A stretch of DNA of 64,000 bases, taken from contig CAWIDS010000003.1 in assembly GCA_963834935.1 (NCBI GenBank), positions 37,999-101,998 on the forward strand. Direction: 5' to 3'. This document shows positions 20,245 through 30,004 of this stretch, piece after piece. This DNA is from Candidatus Nomurabacteria bacterium (GTDB taxonomy: Bacteria > Patescibacteriota > Minisyncoccia > Phycocordibacterales > CALRBL01). A program made the translations under genes and the position numbers. The notes beneath the pieces are model-generated. The model did not search any database. It worked only from the letters and a program-made list of their open reading frames with translations, and was not told the DNA's origin. Numbering within the stretch: position 1 is the stretch's first letter; each line of letters opens with the position of its first letter.

Positions 20245-20829
20245 ATGAAATATGCCAACTTCATAGCTTCAGCTTTTTTGATTTCCGCCGTCGTCTTTTT
20301 AGATCCAAAAGGTCAGCCCTTTAGCTCTTTCAGCGCGAATATGCAGAAGAGTTTTTATCTTGATGATTGCAAAAAAGACACTGTCCATCCGCCTTCGGGC
20401 GACAATTCCCTTTTCCAGGTCATAAGCGTCATAGATGGCGACACGATTGAGATAGAGAAAGGCTGCAAGCCGATAAAAATACGCTTCATTGGCATCAATA
20501 CGCCCGAAAGCGTCGATCCCCGCCGTCCCATCCAATGTTTCGGCCTTGAAGCATCTCATCATGCGAAAGAAGTCCTTTCGGGCAGGAAGGTTCGCATCGA
20601 GACCGACTCTTCGCAAAATGCATTGGACAAGTATGGAAGAACGTTGGGATATGTAATACTAGAGGACGGGACCAACTTTAATCTTGAAGAGGTCCGGGAC
20701 GGCTACGCGTATGAATATACCTATGACACCCCCTACAAATATCAAAAAGAATTCAAGCAAGCAGAAGAAGACGCCCGCGAGCAAGGAAGAGGCCTTTGGG
20801 CTCAAAACACCTGTGATGGAAAAAAGTAA
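20245..20829 (+). CDS. Thermonuclease (SNase/micrococcal nuclease family), secreted or membrane-anchored
   Basis: VIDGDTIEI...IRFIGINTPE...YGRTLGYV motifs of staphylococcal-nuclease homologues; start chosen at the ATG (MKYANF). Confidence 0.75.
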   Translation: MKYANFIASAFLISAVVFLDPKGQPFSSFSANMQKSFYLDDCKKDTVHPPSGDNSLFQVISVIDGDTIEIEKGCKPIKIRFIGINTPESVDPRRPIQCFGLEASHHAKEVLSGRKVRIETDSSQNALDKYGRTLGYVILEDGTNFNLEEVRDGYAYEYTYDTPYKYQKEFKQAEEDAREQGRGLWAQNTCDGKK

Positions 20830-21358
20830 GCATCAGCAGCTGAAGGAACTCATCGATGCCCATATCAAGATGGTGTATAATTTCATATTCAGGATGACTG
20901 GAAATTCCGATGAAGCGCAGGACCTCACCCAGGAGACGTTCATCCGCATATGGAAGAACATAAACAAATATGACCCCGAACGAAATGCCAAGGCGTGGAT
21001 CTTAGCCATTGCGCGGAATGCGACTATTGACTGGATCAGGAAAAGCAAGCCGCTTACCTTTTCGCAGCTGCAGAGGGAAGGATCTGATGATTCATTCGAG
21101 GAAAATATCGCTGACCTCTCGCCGCTTGCCGACGAGCTTTTCGAGCAGAATGAAAGGAAGCTGCTGACCGAAAGCATATTACCGAAGATTAATCCCGAAT
21201 ACAGAGCCATCATACTTCTTCACCTTTTCGAGGAAATGACATTCGAGCAGATTGCCTTGGCGCTTAAGAGGCCTATAAATACCGTCAAAAGCCAATACCG
21301 AAGAGGATTGATAGAGCTTAAGAAGCATGCTGACCTGCACCAAAAACCTCTCTTATAG
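20816..21358 (+). CDS. RNA polymerase ECF-type sigma-70 factor
   Basis: Region 2 (ETFIRIWKNINKYDPE...AWILAIARN) and region 4 (MTFEQIALALKRPINTVKSQYRRG). Confidence 0.8.
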   Translation: MEKSKHQQLKELIDAHIKMVYNFIFRMTGNSDEAQDLTQETFIRIWKNINKYDPERNAKAWILAIARNATIDWIRKSKPLTFSQLQREGSDDSFEENIADLSPLADELFEQNERKLLTESILPKINPEYRAIILLHLFEEMTFEQIALALKRPINTVKSQYRRGLIELKKHADLHQKPLL

Positions 21359-21371
21359 CGTAGTAGTGGAT

Positions 21372-21635
21372 ATGGAAATAAAATATATCGAAGTACCGGA
21401 AGGCCTCAGCAAGGCCATTTTGTCTAAAATAGATGAATTGGAAAACCGAAGAGCAAGGTTTCACTTTGCTCTTTTTAGCTGCATTTCCTTGACGTCATTA
21501 AGCGGAGTCATCGGCAGCCTGATGTATCTCTGGAAATATCCTTATGACTGGCTTCGATCAGTACCTTTCCCTCGCCTTTTCAGACAGCAGCGTCCTTATC
21601 ACTTATTGGAAGGAGCTTTCATTGTCTCTCGTTGA
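21372..21635 (+). CDS. Putative anti-sigma factor, small membrane protein
   Basis: Lies immediately downstream of the ECF sigma gene and has one transmembrane helix; weak evidence. Confidence 0.4.
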   Translation: MEIKYIEVPEGLSKAILSKIDELENRRARFHFALFSCISLTSLSGVIGSLMYLWKYPYDWLRSVPFPRLFRQQRPYHLLEGAFIVSR

Positions 21636-21744
21636 ATCGCTGCCGCTGATGGCAGTGATGCTGGTGCTTGGCGCTCTCGGACTCTTCATCTGGTCTTCAG
21701 CAAAGGCATTTCAGGATGCTGAGACATTATTCTTAACCGCATAG
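21544..21744 (+). CDS. Small membrane ORF overlapping the previous gene in another reading frame; possibly the frameshifted continuation of it
   Basis: 66-aa ORF with a transmembrane helix and a 92-nt overlap with 21372-21635. Confidence 0.3.
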   Translation: MTGFDQYLSLAFSDSSVLITYWKELSLSLVESLPLMAVMLVLGALGLFIWSSAKAFQDAETLFLTA

Positions 21745-21752
21745 CATTTTTT

Positions 21753-22220
21753 ATGACAAAATACACGAAATACGTGCTTTCAAGCATCATCGGATTGATA
21801 GTAGCGATCTTGATTTTCCAAGCTGGAGTCTTCGTCGGCTATCACAAAGCCTCTTTCTCTTACCGATTCGGTGACAATTACTCCCGCAATTTCATGGGTC
21901 CTCGCGGAGGTATCATGGATACGCGTGACAATATGATGGGAGGCGACGGAGCTTCCGGAAAGATCATAAAGATCAGCCTGCCTGACATCATCGTCTCAAG
22001 CCCGGACAACACCGAAAAGACCGTGGTTCTTGGAAATGATACTTCCTTCAGGGAATTTCACGGCGTAATCACGGCGCAAGATCTCAAGGTAGATGATTTC
22101 GTGGTGGTTCTCGGCACGCCTGACAATAAGGGAGAGATCGATGCAAAGCTCGTGCGCGTGCTGCCAACGCCTCCTCCAAGCCCAGATGCGACCAGCACGG
22201 CGACCACTTCAAACCAATAA
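21753..22220 (+). CDS. Hypothetical membrane-anchored protein with a DUF5666-like C-terminal domain
   Basis: Transmembrane helix plus ...DDFVVVLGTPDNKGEIDAKLVRVLP. Confidence 0.55.
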   Translation: MTKYTKYVLSSIIGLIVAILIFQAGVFVGYHKASFSYRFGDNYSRNFMGPRGGIMDTRDNMMGGDGASGKIIKISLPDIIVSSPDNTEKTVVLGNDTSFREFHGVITAQDLKVDDFVVVLGTPDNKGEIDAKLVRVLPTPPPSPDATSTATTSNQ

Positions 22221-22233
22221 TCAATAAAATCCA

Positions 22234-24030
22234 ATGAATATCCAAACCATAAAAAATTTATTCGCATCAATAAAAAAATATGCGCTCGCGCACAAGGTGA
22301 TCAGCGGAATAGTGTTGGTCGTAATCCTTTTCGGCGGATATGAAGCGGTGCATGCTTTCACTAATACGAGCAATCAAACCAAATATGTCGTGGCGACCGT
22401 CCAGGACGGCGCTATCATCCAGACAGTGACAGGAACCGGCCAGGTCTCGGCTTCAAACCAGATCGACCTCCTCGCCAAGGGATCGGGGAATTTAACATCC
22501 GTTACAGGCGCCGTAGGCCAAACATTCAAGGCCGGCGATGTCATTGCCCAGATTGATGACACCGATACATCATTCGCCCTGCAAAATTCGAAGCTTGCCC
22601 TTCAGAAATTGACTGAGCCAGCTGACCAAGTGACATTAGTCGAGGCTCAGAATGCCTTGAATGACGCGATCACTTCAAAAGCGCAGGCTCAAAGCGACCT
22701 CACGACAGCCTATGCCAATGCCCTCAAGACGATGAGCGATACGTTCGTCGATATGCCGGGCGTCATCAGCGGAATGAACAATATGTTCAACACTTCCCAG
22801 GGACTACTGAGCCCAGGCGGAAGCTTTTATAATCTGAACGACGAGATACGTACCGACCGGGATGCTGCCGGAGCGCAGCTTGACGCGTCGAAGACAAAAT
22901 ACACTTCAAACCTTCAGGATTACCAGGCAATCAATACGACGACTCCTACCAGCACGCTTGAAAGCGTTCTCGCGGAAACTCTCGATACCGCCTCTTCCCT
23001 TTCATCAAGCGTAAAAGCGGCAAAAAATACCGTTGACTTGGTTCAGAATCTCAATACATATAATTCAAGCATCACGAGCACTCAGATCACTTCGGCTCAG
23101 ACCAATCTTAATAACTGGCTGACCTTGATGTCCGGGCACGCGGCAGACCTCGCTTCAATACAAGAAACCATACAGACCGACAAGGATGCCATCACGAGCG
23201 CCAATGCCTCGATCAATGACAAAAACCTTTCCCTTATCAAGCTTCAGGACGGCCCTGATCCTATCGACGTGCAGACGCAGGAATTGCAAGTGCAGCAGGA
23301 GCAAGTAGCGTACGACAACAGCTTCATTACAGCACCTTTCGACGGAACTCTTGCGACTCTCAGCATCAAGCAGGATGACGCTGTCACGAGCGGAGAGAAC
23401 GTAGGAACTTTCATCACCAATCAAAATATAGCTACCATTTCCCTCAACGAAGTGGATGCGGCAAAAGTGCAAGTAGGCCAGAAAGTAACGCTTACTTTTG
23501 ATGCGATTCCCGACCTTACCATTTCAGGGACTGTTGGAGAGGTGGATCTAGTCGGAACAGTCAGCCAAGGAGTCGTTACTTATAATGTGCAGATCGGATT
23601 CGATACCCAGGATAGCAGGGTAAGGCCAGGCATGAGCGTGAATGCGAACATCATTACCAATATGAAGCAGAATGTCATTACCGTTCCGAACGCGGCATTG
23701 AAGACCCAAGGCGGAGTGACCTACGTGCAGATATTCAGCCCTGCCCTTCCTTCAGATCCCGCAAACTCAAGCGCTGCAGGAATAGCTACGGCACAAGTGC
23801 CTATCGATCAGCAAGTGCAGATAGGATTGGCCGATGACACTTCGACCGAAATCACTTCCGGCTTGAACGTGGGAGATCAGATCGTCACCAAGACCATCGC
23901 TCCTTCCACCGCAAAAACGACGACCACGCCAAGCATCTTGAGCAGCGTCAGCGGAAGCAGGACGACAGGAGCGGCGGGCGCATTCAGGGGAACTGGAGCG
24001 GCAGGAGCCGGAGCGGCTCGGGGAAATTAA
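22234..24030 (+). CDS. HlyD/MacA-family periplasmic adaptor (membrane fusion protein), 598 aa with a long coiled-coil
   Basis: N-terminal transmembrane helix, a long alpha-helical hairpin and C-terminal beta-barrel motifs (GTV..V...V.V....G.S.). Confidence 0.75.
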   Translation: MNIQTIKNLFASIKKYALAHKVISGIVLVVILFGGYEAVHAFTNTSNQTKYVVATVQDGAIIQTVTGTGQVSASNQIDLLAKGSGNLTSVTGAVGQTFKAGDVIAQIDDTDTSFALQNSKLALQKLTEPADQVTLVEAQNALNDAITSKAQAQSDLTTAYANALKTMSDTFVDMPGVISGMNNMFNTSQGLLSPGGSFYNLNDEIRTDRDAAGAQLDASKTKYTSNLQDYQAINTTTPTSTLESVLAETLDTASSLSSSVKAAKNTVDLVQNLNTYNSSITSTQITSAQTNLNNWLTLMSGHAADLASIQETIQTDKDAITSANASINDKNLSLIKLQDGPDPIDVQTQELQVQQEQVAYDNSFITAPFDGTLATLSIKQDDAVTSGENVGTFITNQNIATISLNEVDAAKVQVGQKVTLTFDAIPDLTISGTVGEVDLVGTVSQGVVTYNVQIGFDTQDSRVRPGMSVNANIITNMKQNVITVPNAALKTQGGVTYVQIFSPALPSDPANSSAAGIATAQVPIDQQVQIGLADDTSTEITSGLNVGDQIVTKTIAPSTAKTTTTPSILSSVSGSRTTGAAGAFRGTGAAGAGAARGN

Positions 24031-24036
24031 AATCAA

Positions 24037-24747
24037 ATGATCGAAATAAAAAACGTAACGAAGACATATAAAAGCGGAGACTATGATTTCCAAGCTCTCA
24101 AAGGCGTAAGCTTTACCATAAAGGACGGAGAGTTCGTGGCGATCATGGGGCCGTCCGGCTCGGGAAAATCGACGCTCATGCACATCCTTGGCGCGCTCGA
24201 CACGCCGACTTCAGGCAGCTATTTTCTCGATGGCAAAGACGTCTCCACCCTTTCGGACGATGAATTGGCCGACATCCGCAAGGATAAGATCGGCTTCGTC
24301 TTCCAGGCTTTCAACTTGCTTCCCCGCACTACCGTCATCCGCAATACCATGCTTCCCTTGATGTATTCGTCAATCGAGAAAACGAAAAGAGAAGAGCTCG
24401 CTACCAATGCCCTTCTTTCTGCCGGCCTCGACAAAAGCCACTTCTATCACCTTTCGAACCAGCTTTCCGGAGGACAGATACAGCGCGTCGCCATTTCGCG
24501 CGCGCTTGTGAACAATCCGAGCCTTATCCTGGCCGATGAGCCGACAGGAAACCTCGACACAAAGACAGGAGATATCGTCCTCGGCACGTTCCAGAAGCTC
24601 AACCAGGATGAAGGCCGCACCATCGTCCTCATCACCCACGAACGCGATGTCGCCGAGCACGCGGACCGCATCATCTTTATCAAAGACGGTCTTATCCTTG
24701 AAGACAATCCGACGCACGGAAAGAAAAGGATAGCTTACAAAAAATAA
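24037..24747 (+). CDS. MacB/LolD-type ABC transporter ATP-binding protein
   Basis: GPSGSGKSTLMHILG, LSGGQIQRVAISRAL and LILADEPTGNLD. Confidence 0.9.
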   Translation: MIEIKNVTKTYKSGDYDFQALKGVSFTIKDGEFVAIMGPSGSGKSTLMHILGALDTPTSGSYFLDGKDVSTLSDDELADIRKDKIGFVFQAFNLLPRTTVIRNTMLPLMYSSIEKTKREELATNALLSAGLDKSHFYHLSNQLSGGQIQRVAISRALVNNPSLILADEPTGNLDTKTGDIVLGTFQKLNQDEGRTIVLITHERDVAEHADRIIFIKDGLILEDNPTHGKKRIAYKK

Positions 24748-24748
24748 T

Positions 24749-25975
24749 ATGCTTCTAAGCGACACACTTCACGAGACATATTCGGCGCTCTCAGCCAACA
24801 AGGCGCGATCGGGCTTGACCATGCTCGGAATCATCATCGGCATCAGCTCGGTCATCGCCTTGGTCGCCGTCGGACAAGGAGCCCAGAGCTCAGTCCAATC
24901 GAGCATCCAATCGATCGGCTCGAACCTCATCCTCGTAATGCCAGGCGCGCAGCGAGCGCCCGGAGCGCAAGTAAGCACAGGAAGAGGAACGGCGCGAACG
25001 CTTACCCAGGAAGATGCGACTGCCATATCGACGGACATCAGCGATGCCCAAGCAGTCGCTCCGGAAAATTCAGGCAGATACCAAGTGACAAGCACTACGG
25101 GATTGAACACGAACACCTCAGTAGTGGGGACAGTTTCCGCCTACCCTACAGTAAGAAATGTCCAGATAGACGAAGGAGACTTCATTTCTGACCAGAATGT
25201 CGCCAACCTTTCGAAAGTGGCAGTGCTCGGGCCGACCGCGCGCGATGACCTCTTCGGAGTCGGCGCTGAAGCGGTCGGCTCGATCATCCGCATCAAGGGA
25301 ATAGATTTCACCGTCATCGGAATAACCAAGGCAAAAGGAGGAAGCGGCTTCGGAAGCCAGGATGACATGATATTCATCCCTCTTTCAAGCGACCTGCGCT
25401 TCCTTGCCGGCGCCGATTATGTCACCACCATCAGCGTCCAGGCTCCGAACAGCAGCGACATGACGAACTTGCAACAGGAAATCACCGACCTTCTTCTCAC
25501 TCGCCACAAGATAACCGACCCTAACCAAGCTGACTTCAGCACATTGAACGAAGCCGATATCGTAGCGACTGCATCAAACGTGACGCAGACCTTCACTGTC
25601 CTTCTCGGTGCCGTTGCAGGAATCTCCCTTCTCGTCGGAGGAATCGGGATCATGAACATGATGCTCACCACCGTCACCGAGCGTACCCGAGAAATCGGGC
25701 TCCGCAAGGCTATCGGCGCGAAGAAAAAAGACATCAGCCTGCAGTTCCTGATCGAAGCCATCGCCCTTACGTTTACCGGAGGAATGATAGGTATCATATT
25801 AGGCTGCAGCATCTCCTTCTTCCTGAATTACTTCGGCATCATCCAGGCCCAGCTTTCCCTCTCGCCTATCCTTCTTGCCTTCGGCGTCTCGGCCCTCATC
25901 GGAATCATATTCGGCTATTATCCCGCTCGGCGGGCTGCCGGGCTCAATCCGATCGAGGCGTTGAGGTTCGAATAA
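24749..25975 (+). CDS. MacB/FtsX-like ABC transporter permease
   Basis: Transmembrane helix 1, a large periplasmic domain and a C-terminal FtsX three-helix bundle (MNMMLTTVTERTREIGLRKAIGA). Confidence 0.85.
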   Translation: MLLSDTLHETYSALSANKARSGLTMLGIIIGISSVIALVAVGQGAQSSVQSSIQSIGSNLILVMPGAQRAPGAQVSTGRGTARTLTQEDATAISTDISDAQAVAPENSGRYQVTSTTGLNTNTSVVGTVSAYPTVRNVQIDEGDFISDQNVANLSKVAVLGPTARDDLFGVGAEAVGSIIRIKGIDFTVIGITKAKGGSGFGSQDDMIFIPLSSDLRFLAGADYVTTISVQAPNSSDMTNLQQEITDLLLTRHKITDPNQADFSTLNEADIVATASNVTQTFTVLLGAVAGISLLVGGIGIMNMMLTTVTERTREIGLRKAIGAKKKDISLQFLIEAIALTFTGGMIGIILGCSISFFLNYFGIIQAQLSLSPILLAFGVSALIGIIFGYYPARRAAGLNPIEALRFE

Positions 25976-26005
25976 GGCATTATCATTAAAAATTAATTTA
26001 AAAAT

Positions 26006-26419
26006 ATGAACGCAAAAAAAATAACAGGCATCATCGTAGCAGTAATCATCGTCGGAGGAGCATCATTTTACGGAGGAATCAAATATGATCAGAGCACGGC
26101 CAAGCCTTTGACAGCGCAAGCAGGAGGCTTCAGGGGACGAACTGGCGCAGCCGCAGGAGGAAGCGTCACTGCAGGAAGCATCCTTTCAGTCGATCCGACT
26201 GGCATCACAGTCCAGCTTCGCGCCGGAGGATCAAAGATAGTATTCATCTCTTCGAGCACTGCGATAACCAAAAGCGTAACCGGAGCTGCTCAGGATCTCT
26301 CAACTGGCCAGCAAGTGATGGTATCAGGACAGACTAATTCAGACGGCAGTATAGAGGCATCCTCGATCCAGATCCGACCAGACATGGCAAGCACGACATC
26401 AGCCGCTGCTACTCAGTAG
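26006..26419 (+). CDS. DUF5666-family membrane-anchored protein
   Basis: Transmembrane helix plus ITVQLRAGGSKIVF...GQQVMVSGQTNSDGSIEASSIQI. Confidence 0.6.
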   Translation: MNAKKITGIIVAVIIVGGASFYGGIKYDQSTAKPLTAQAGGFRGRTGAAAGGSVTAGSILSVDPTGITVQLRAGGSKIVFISSSTAITKSVTGAAQDLSTGQQVMVSGQTNSDGSIEASSIQIRPDMASTTSAAATQ

Positions 26420-26420
26420 G

Positions 26421-26909
26421 TCATTTGAAGACGATCGGTACGATGACCGAGTCATCGTTGCTTGAAAGGCCGCTTGAATTATTCTTGCTGAAAACAAGCG
26501 TTCCCTCGCTTCCGGATTGCTGCTTGGCAAAGGTAATCTGAATGCTGAAAGGAACGTATTTGCCGCTTATCCAGTCGCCTTCCGCTTCGGCATCTCCCTT
26601 GAACAAGGAGATGCCTTTTGCGTTCATGAGCTCGACAGGAAAAGTGCCTTCATCATACCAGCCGCGCGCCTTTCCCAAGACGGCGAAAGGCGATGAGATC
26701 ACCATTCCGTCGGTGAGATCATCAAAGACCACCGCATTGACGATGCCTTTTTCGGAAAGGGTGATGGTCGTATTGGGAGACAAGTCAGGATCGGGAGCAT
26801 GCGATTGGACGGGAGCTAGCGAGGGAGCGAAGCCGATCCTCTGGTATATGAAAAAGCTGCCCAAGGCAATGACGACGATTATAAGAGTAAGAAGGATATT
26901 TTTTTTCAT
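26421..26909 (-). CDS. Gmad2 immunoglobulin-like domain protein, membrane-anchored
   Basis: ISSPFAVLGKARGWYDEGTFPVELMNAKG...DWISGKYVPFSIQITF matches the Gmad2 pattern. Confidence 0.65.
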   Translation of the reverse strand: MKKNILLTLIIVVIALGSFFIYQRIGFAPSLAPVQSHAPDPDLSPNTTITLSEKGIVNAVVFDDLTDGMVISSPFAVLGKARGWYDEGTFPVELMNAKGISLFKGDAEAEGDWISGKYVPFSIQITFAKQQSGSEGTLVFSKNNSSGLSSNDDSVIVPIVFK

Positions 26910-26910
26910 G

Positions 26911-27951
26911 TCATTTCAGGATATTCCACAAGCGGGGATCTTCCATGCCGAGAACCCATGCCGACATTCCGCGGACATTATTCGAAGTGAGAAGCTGAAG
27001 CTTCTCCTGAAGGCTTGTGACATCCTCATACCATAATATCCTTTTTTCCTTCGTTTTTGTACCCTTTGTCATATATATGACCCAAGGCACTTCTTGCGTC
27101 TGGTCGATGCCGTAGGAAATCTGCCGCTTATCCTTGAAGATAGATTGGGCATAAGAATAGCTATCCTCGGCTGACTTGGCATCCGCTCCGAGCTTCCAGT
27201 TCCATCCGTACACCGGAATGCCGAACGATATCTTATTTGCCGGCAGATTCGCTAAAGCATATTTCAATGCCTGAGCATAGAATGGAAAGCCGGCGACCGG
27301 ACCGATGGAATGCGGGTCGTCATAAGCCATGACGGAAAGAAAATCGACGGAAGGAGCCAGAGCCTTGTAGTCATAAGCGCCGACCCAATCGTTCCAGGAA
27401 GCTGCGGGGTAGTTCGACGGATCGTCACTGGTCTTGGCGACGACAGCAACGCTGAAAGTGAGATTATTCTGGCGGATGACGGTCCCGAGCGCCTGCACGA
27501 ATGCGGAATATTTATCCTTGTACGCCACCCCGATATGCTCGATATCCAATTGCCAGCCTGCAAAACCCTGAGCTTTGGCTTCCTTGACCAAAGCCTGAGC
27601 TATCGCCTGATATTCCGGCGGATTATCCAAGACGCTTTCGATGCCGCTTTCGCTGAACGATTGGTTCACCACAAGCGGCATTATCTTGGTCTGGTGAGCG
27701 CGTGCCAATGCAAGCACGCTGTCCGGAACGCTTCCATACAAGGTGCCTGATGCGGTAAGTCCGTAAGATTGCGGAGCGAGGATATCGATCTTTCCGATAT
27801 TGTCAGAAAGCGAAGCGAAGCCCTTCGTGGTGGGAACGTAATAGAATACCTTCTCGCCTGAATAGAAAAAAGGGATTGTTGAAGCGCGGGCGGAATGAAA
27901 GGAAGCGAGAAAGATGAAAGCGGCAATGATGATCAGCTTACTTCTCATCAT
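26911..27951 (-). CDS. Glycoside hydrolase family 18-like protein, secreted
   Basis: Signal peptide; catalytic-type motif GFAGWQLDIEH (DxDxE-like), TIM-barrel. Confidence 0.7.
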   Translation of the reverse strand: MMRSKLIIIAAFIFLASFHSARASTIPFFYSGEKVFYYVPTTKGFASLSDNIGKIDILAPQSYGLTASGTLYGSVPDSVLALARAHQTKIMPLVVNQSFSESGIESVLDNPPEYQAIAQALVKEAKAQGFAGWQLDIEHIGVAYKDKYSAFVQALGTVIRQNNLTFSVAVVAKTSDDPSNYPAASWNDWVGAYDYKALAPSVDFLSVMAYDDPHSIGPVAGFPFYAQALKYALANLPANKISFGIPVYGWNWKLGADAKSAEDSYSYAQSIFKDKRQISYGIDQTQEVPWVIYMTKGTKTKEKRILWYEDVTSLQEKLQLLTSNNVRGMSAWVLGMEDPRLWNILK

Positions 27952-28336
27952 CTTTTTTCTCTTCCGTTTCGAGATTAAGGCAGACTGAATTCATGCAGTA
28001 GCGCTTGCCGGTCGGAGTGCCGATGGCATCATCGAAGATATGGCCGAGATGCGACTTGCAATTGCTGCAGACTACTTCGGTCCTTCTCATGCCATGAGAA
28101 TCGTCATGGATGAATTCGACGCTGCCAGGAAGCGCATCATAAAAGCTTGGCCAGCCAGTGCCGGAATCGAATTTGGTATCGGAAGGAAAGAGCTTCTGTC
28201 CGCAGGCCTTGCACGTATAAATTCCTTTTTCCTTGCTATTCCAATACTTGCCGGTAAAAGGCGCTTCCGTTCCCTTCTCGCGAAGGACCGAATATTCTTC
28301 TGGAGTCAATTTCTTTTTTAGTTCTTCGTTATTCAT
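27938..28336 (-). CDS. msrB: Peptide-methionine (R)-S-oxide reductase
   Basis: CxxC...CxxC zinc site and the catalytic motif RYCMNSV. Confidence 0.9.
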   Translation of the reverse strand: MNNEELKKKLTPEEYSVLREKGTEAPFTGKYWNSKEKGIYTCKACGQKLFPSDTKFDSGTGWPSFYDALPGSVEFIHDDSHGMRRTEVVCSNCKSHLGHIFDDAIGTPTGKRYCMNSVCLNLETEEKKDDEK

Positions 28337-28350
28337 GCTTCCATTCTACC

Positions 28351-29433
28351 CTATTTCGTAAGATTAAAAAGAGCAGGTTCGGTGGAAGTAGCTTCTACCT
28401 TGAAGCTTATCCTTCCGATGTGCTGGCCCGTGCGAGTCTCCACATCTACCCTCCATGAGCCGAGCGCCAAGGAATCCTTCTCGGAATACGTCCGGAAGCC
28501 GTTGTCGCGGCCGCCAACGATGGGAAGGTCGATGCGCGCCGTCTCGACCCACTTCTTGCTCTTGGCGTCGTAATATTGCCAGACATGATAGATATCGGTA
28601 TTGAGGTGGGTCGGCGAAAAGACCGCGCTCCAGACATAGACCGGATCGCCGGCAGCGATATGGACCGTCTCCTGGAATTCGAAGAAATTCCACCAGCTCG
28701 GCAATTCTTCCGCGGTAACGGCATACGTGCCATCTCCATTCCTGGAGATCGAATGATAGATGCCGGCATCCTTAAGCGAAAGCGGCAGCGGCGGGATGAT
28801 ATCGTAGAAATAAAGGACGTTCATGATGACGATGATGCTGAACACGCTTATGAGGACCAGCTTGCGGCTTTGCGCATACTGAGTGGGAGCGATCTTCTTC
28901 AGGATGAAAAGGAATATGCCGATGATGACCAGGCTGATGAATCCGCTCAAGACGAAGATCTCGTCTCCGATCTGATGCACCATTACCGGCACGATGAAGA
29001 TGGCGAAGGAATAAATTGAGACGAAGAGGACTGTTATCTGAAAGACGAGCCGCGTGTAATGCTTTTTCAAGGCCTCGTTGCAGACGAAGACCGCGATGAG
29101 GACAAGGAGGAACGGCCAGCTTACCGCCAGCGTGGCGCTCCTGAAGTAGAAGACGATGAACGTGCTCAACAGTCCTCCGAAGGCGAATTGGATCAAGATA
29201 ACCAGCCAGAAATGCACCCTTTTGTCGCCCTCGGAATTCCTGGTATAAAAATTGATGGCGATGATGCCGAATGCAGCTACTAAAAGATGAGCGAGGACCC
29301 ACAGGTTATCCCAGAACAGGTCCACCCGCGTCAGGCTGACCGCATCGAAAATGAATCCGCTGATGAGGGAAAGAGACGAGATATGCCTTTCATATTTGAA
29401 ATAGAATTTCTTGACGTGCTTCAAGGGCTTCAT
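28351..29433 (-). CDS. Polytopic membrane protein with a C-terminal extracytoplasmic beta-rich domain, possibly DUF2914-like
   Basis: Start placed at the ATG (MKPLKHV). The upstream 300 aa of the 666-aa track ORF have no coding character. Confidence 0.55.
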   Translation of the reverse strand: MKPLKHVKKFYFKYERHISSLSLISGFIFDAVSLTRVDLFWDNLWVLAHLLVAAFGIIAINFYTRNSEGDKRVHFWLVILIQFAFGGLLSTFIVFYFRSATLAVSWPFLLVLIAVFVCNEALKKHYTRLVFQITVLFVSIYSFAIFIVPVMVHQIGDEIFVLSGFISLVIIGIFLFILKKIAPTQYAQSRKLVLISVFSIIVIMNVLYFYDIIPPLPLSLKDAGIYHSISRNGDGTYAVTAEELPSWWNFFEFQETVHIAAGDPVYVWSAVFSPTHLNTDIYHVWQYYDAKSKKWVETARIDLPIVGGRDNGFRTYSEKDSLALGSWRVDVETRTGQHIGRISFKVEATSTEPALFNLTK

Positions 29434-29452
29434 GCCGCAATTGTAACTTGTT

Positions 29453-29481
29453 TTGACAGAAATGAACAGATAAGGTTTAAT
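29453..29481 (+). promoter_or_regulatory. Consensus-like sigma70 promoter with -35 TTGACA, a 17-nt spacer and -10 TTTAAT
   Basis: TTGACA at 29453-29458 and TTTAAT at 29476-29481; the ATG at 29491 is 9 nt downstream, giving a leaderless or near-leaderless transcript. Confidence 0.5.
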
Positions 29482-29490
29482 ACAGGCCGA

Positions 29491-29904
29491 ATGAGCACAC
29501 TGACATCGCCTCAAGATGTCGCAAAACATCTTCTTAGGAACAGCGGTACCCTTCTCGCCATCAAGCGTCAGACCTTGTATGGGGGACAGCCACTGTCGCG
29601 CAGCCAAATCGGATTGTTGAATGAAATTGGAGACCAGATCATCGGTTTCGGCATCGAGATAGAGAATTTGAAAACAAGTGACATCATGCTCGCCATAATG
29701 GCGGTGAATCATGTCAGGAAGTTCGGAAACTCCTTTTCTCACAATGCCGCGTACCGCCGTAAAAATCAGCTCCAACTTAAACTTCTCTACCGGCGCGACG
29801 TTTCGAGACGCGAGGGTAAAGGAGAATACGTCGGCTGTATTGAGCTTGTACACCGGGAACTCAGCACGCATATTCCCTACGACGTCCTGAACGAGATGGT
29901 TTAG
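29491..29904 (+). CDS. Hypothetical protein (137 aa, MSTLTSPQDVAKHLL...)
   Basis: The only long ORF in this region on either strand, placed between a consensus promoter and a terminator-like hairpin. Confidence 0.4.
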   Translation: MSTLTSPQDVAKHLLRNSGTLLAIKRQTLYGGQPLSRSQIGLLNEIGDQIIGFGIEIENLKTSDIMLAIMAVNHVRKFGNSFSHNAAYRRKNQLQLKLLYRRDVSRREGKGEYVGCIELVHRELSTHIPYDVLNEMV

Positions 29905-29911
29905 CGACCCC

Positions 29912-29943
29912 AGCCTGCGTCCCCCGGACCAGGCTTTTTTATT
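29912..29943 (+). terminator. Candidate terminator hairpin
   Basis: agcctg-cgtcccccggac-caggct followed by tttttatttg. Confidence 0.4.
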
Positions 29944-30004
29944 TGACTGAATTTGCCCAGAACCAGACAAAGAGTATACTGTTTCCGAAACCGAAGGAGG
30001 CTTC

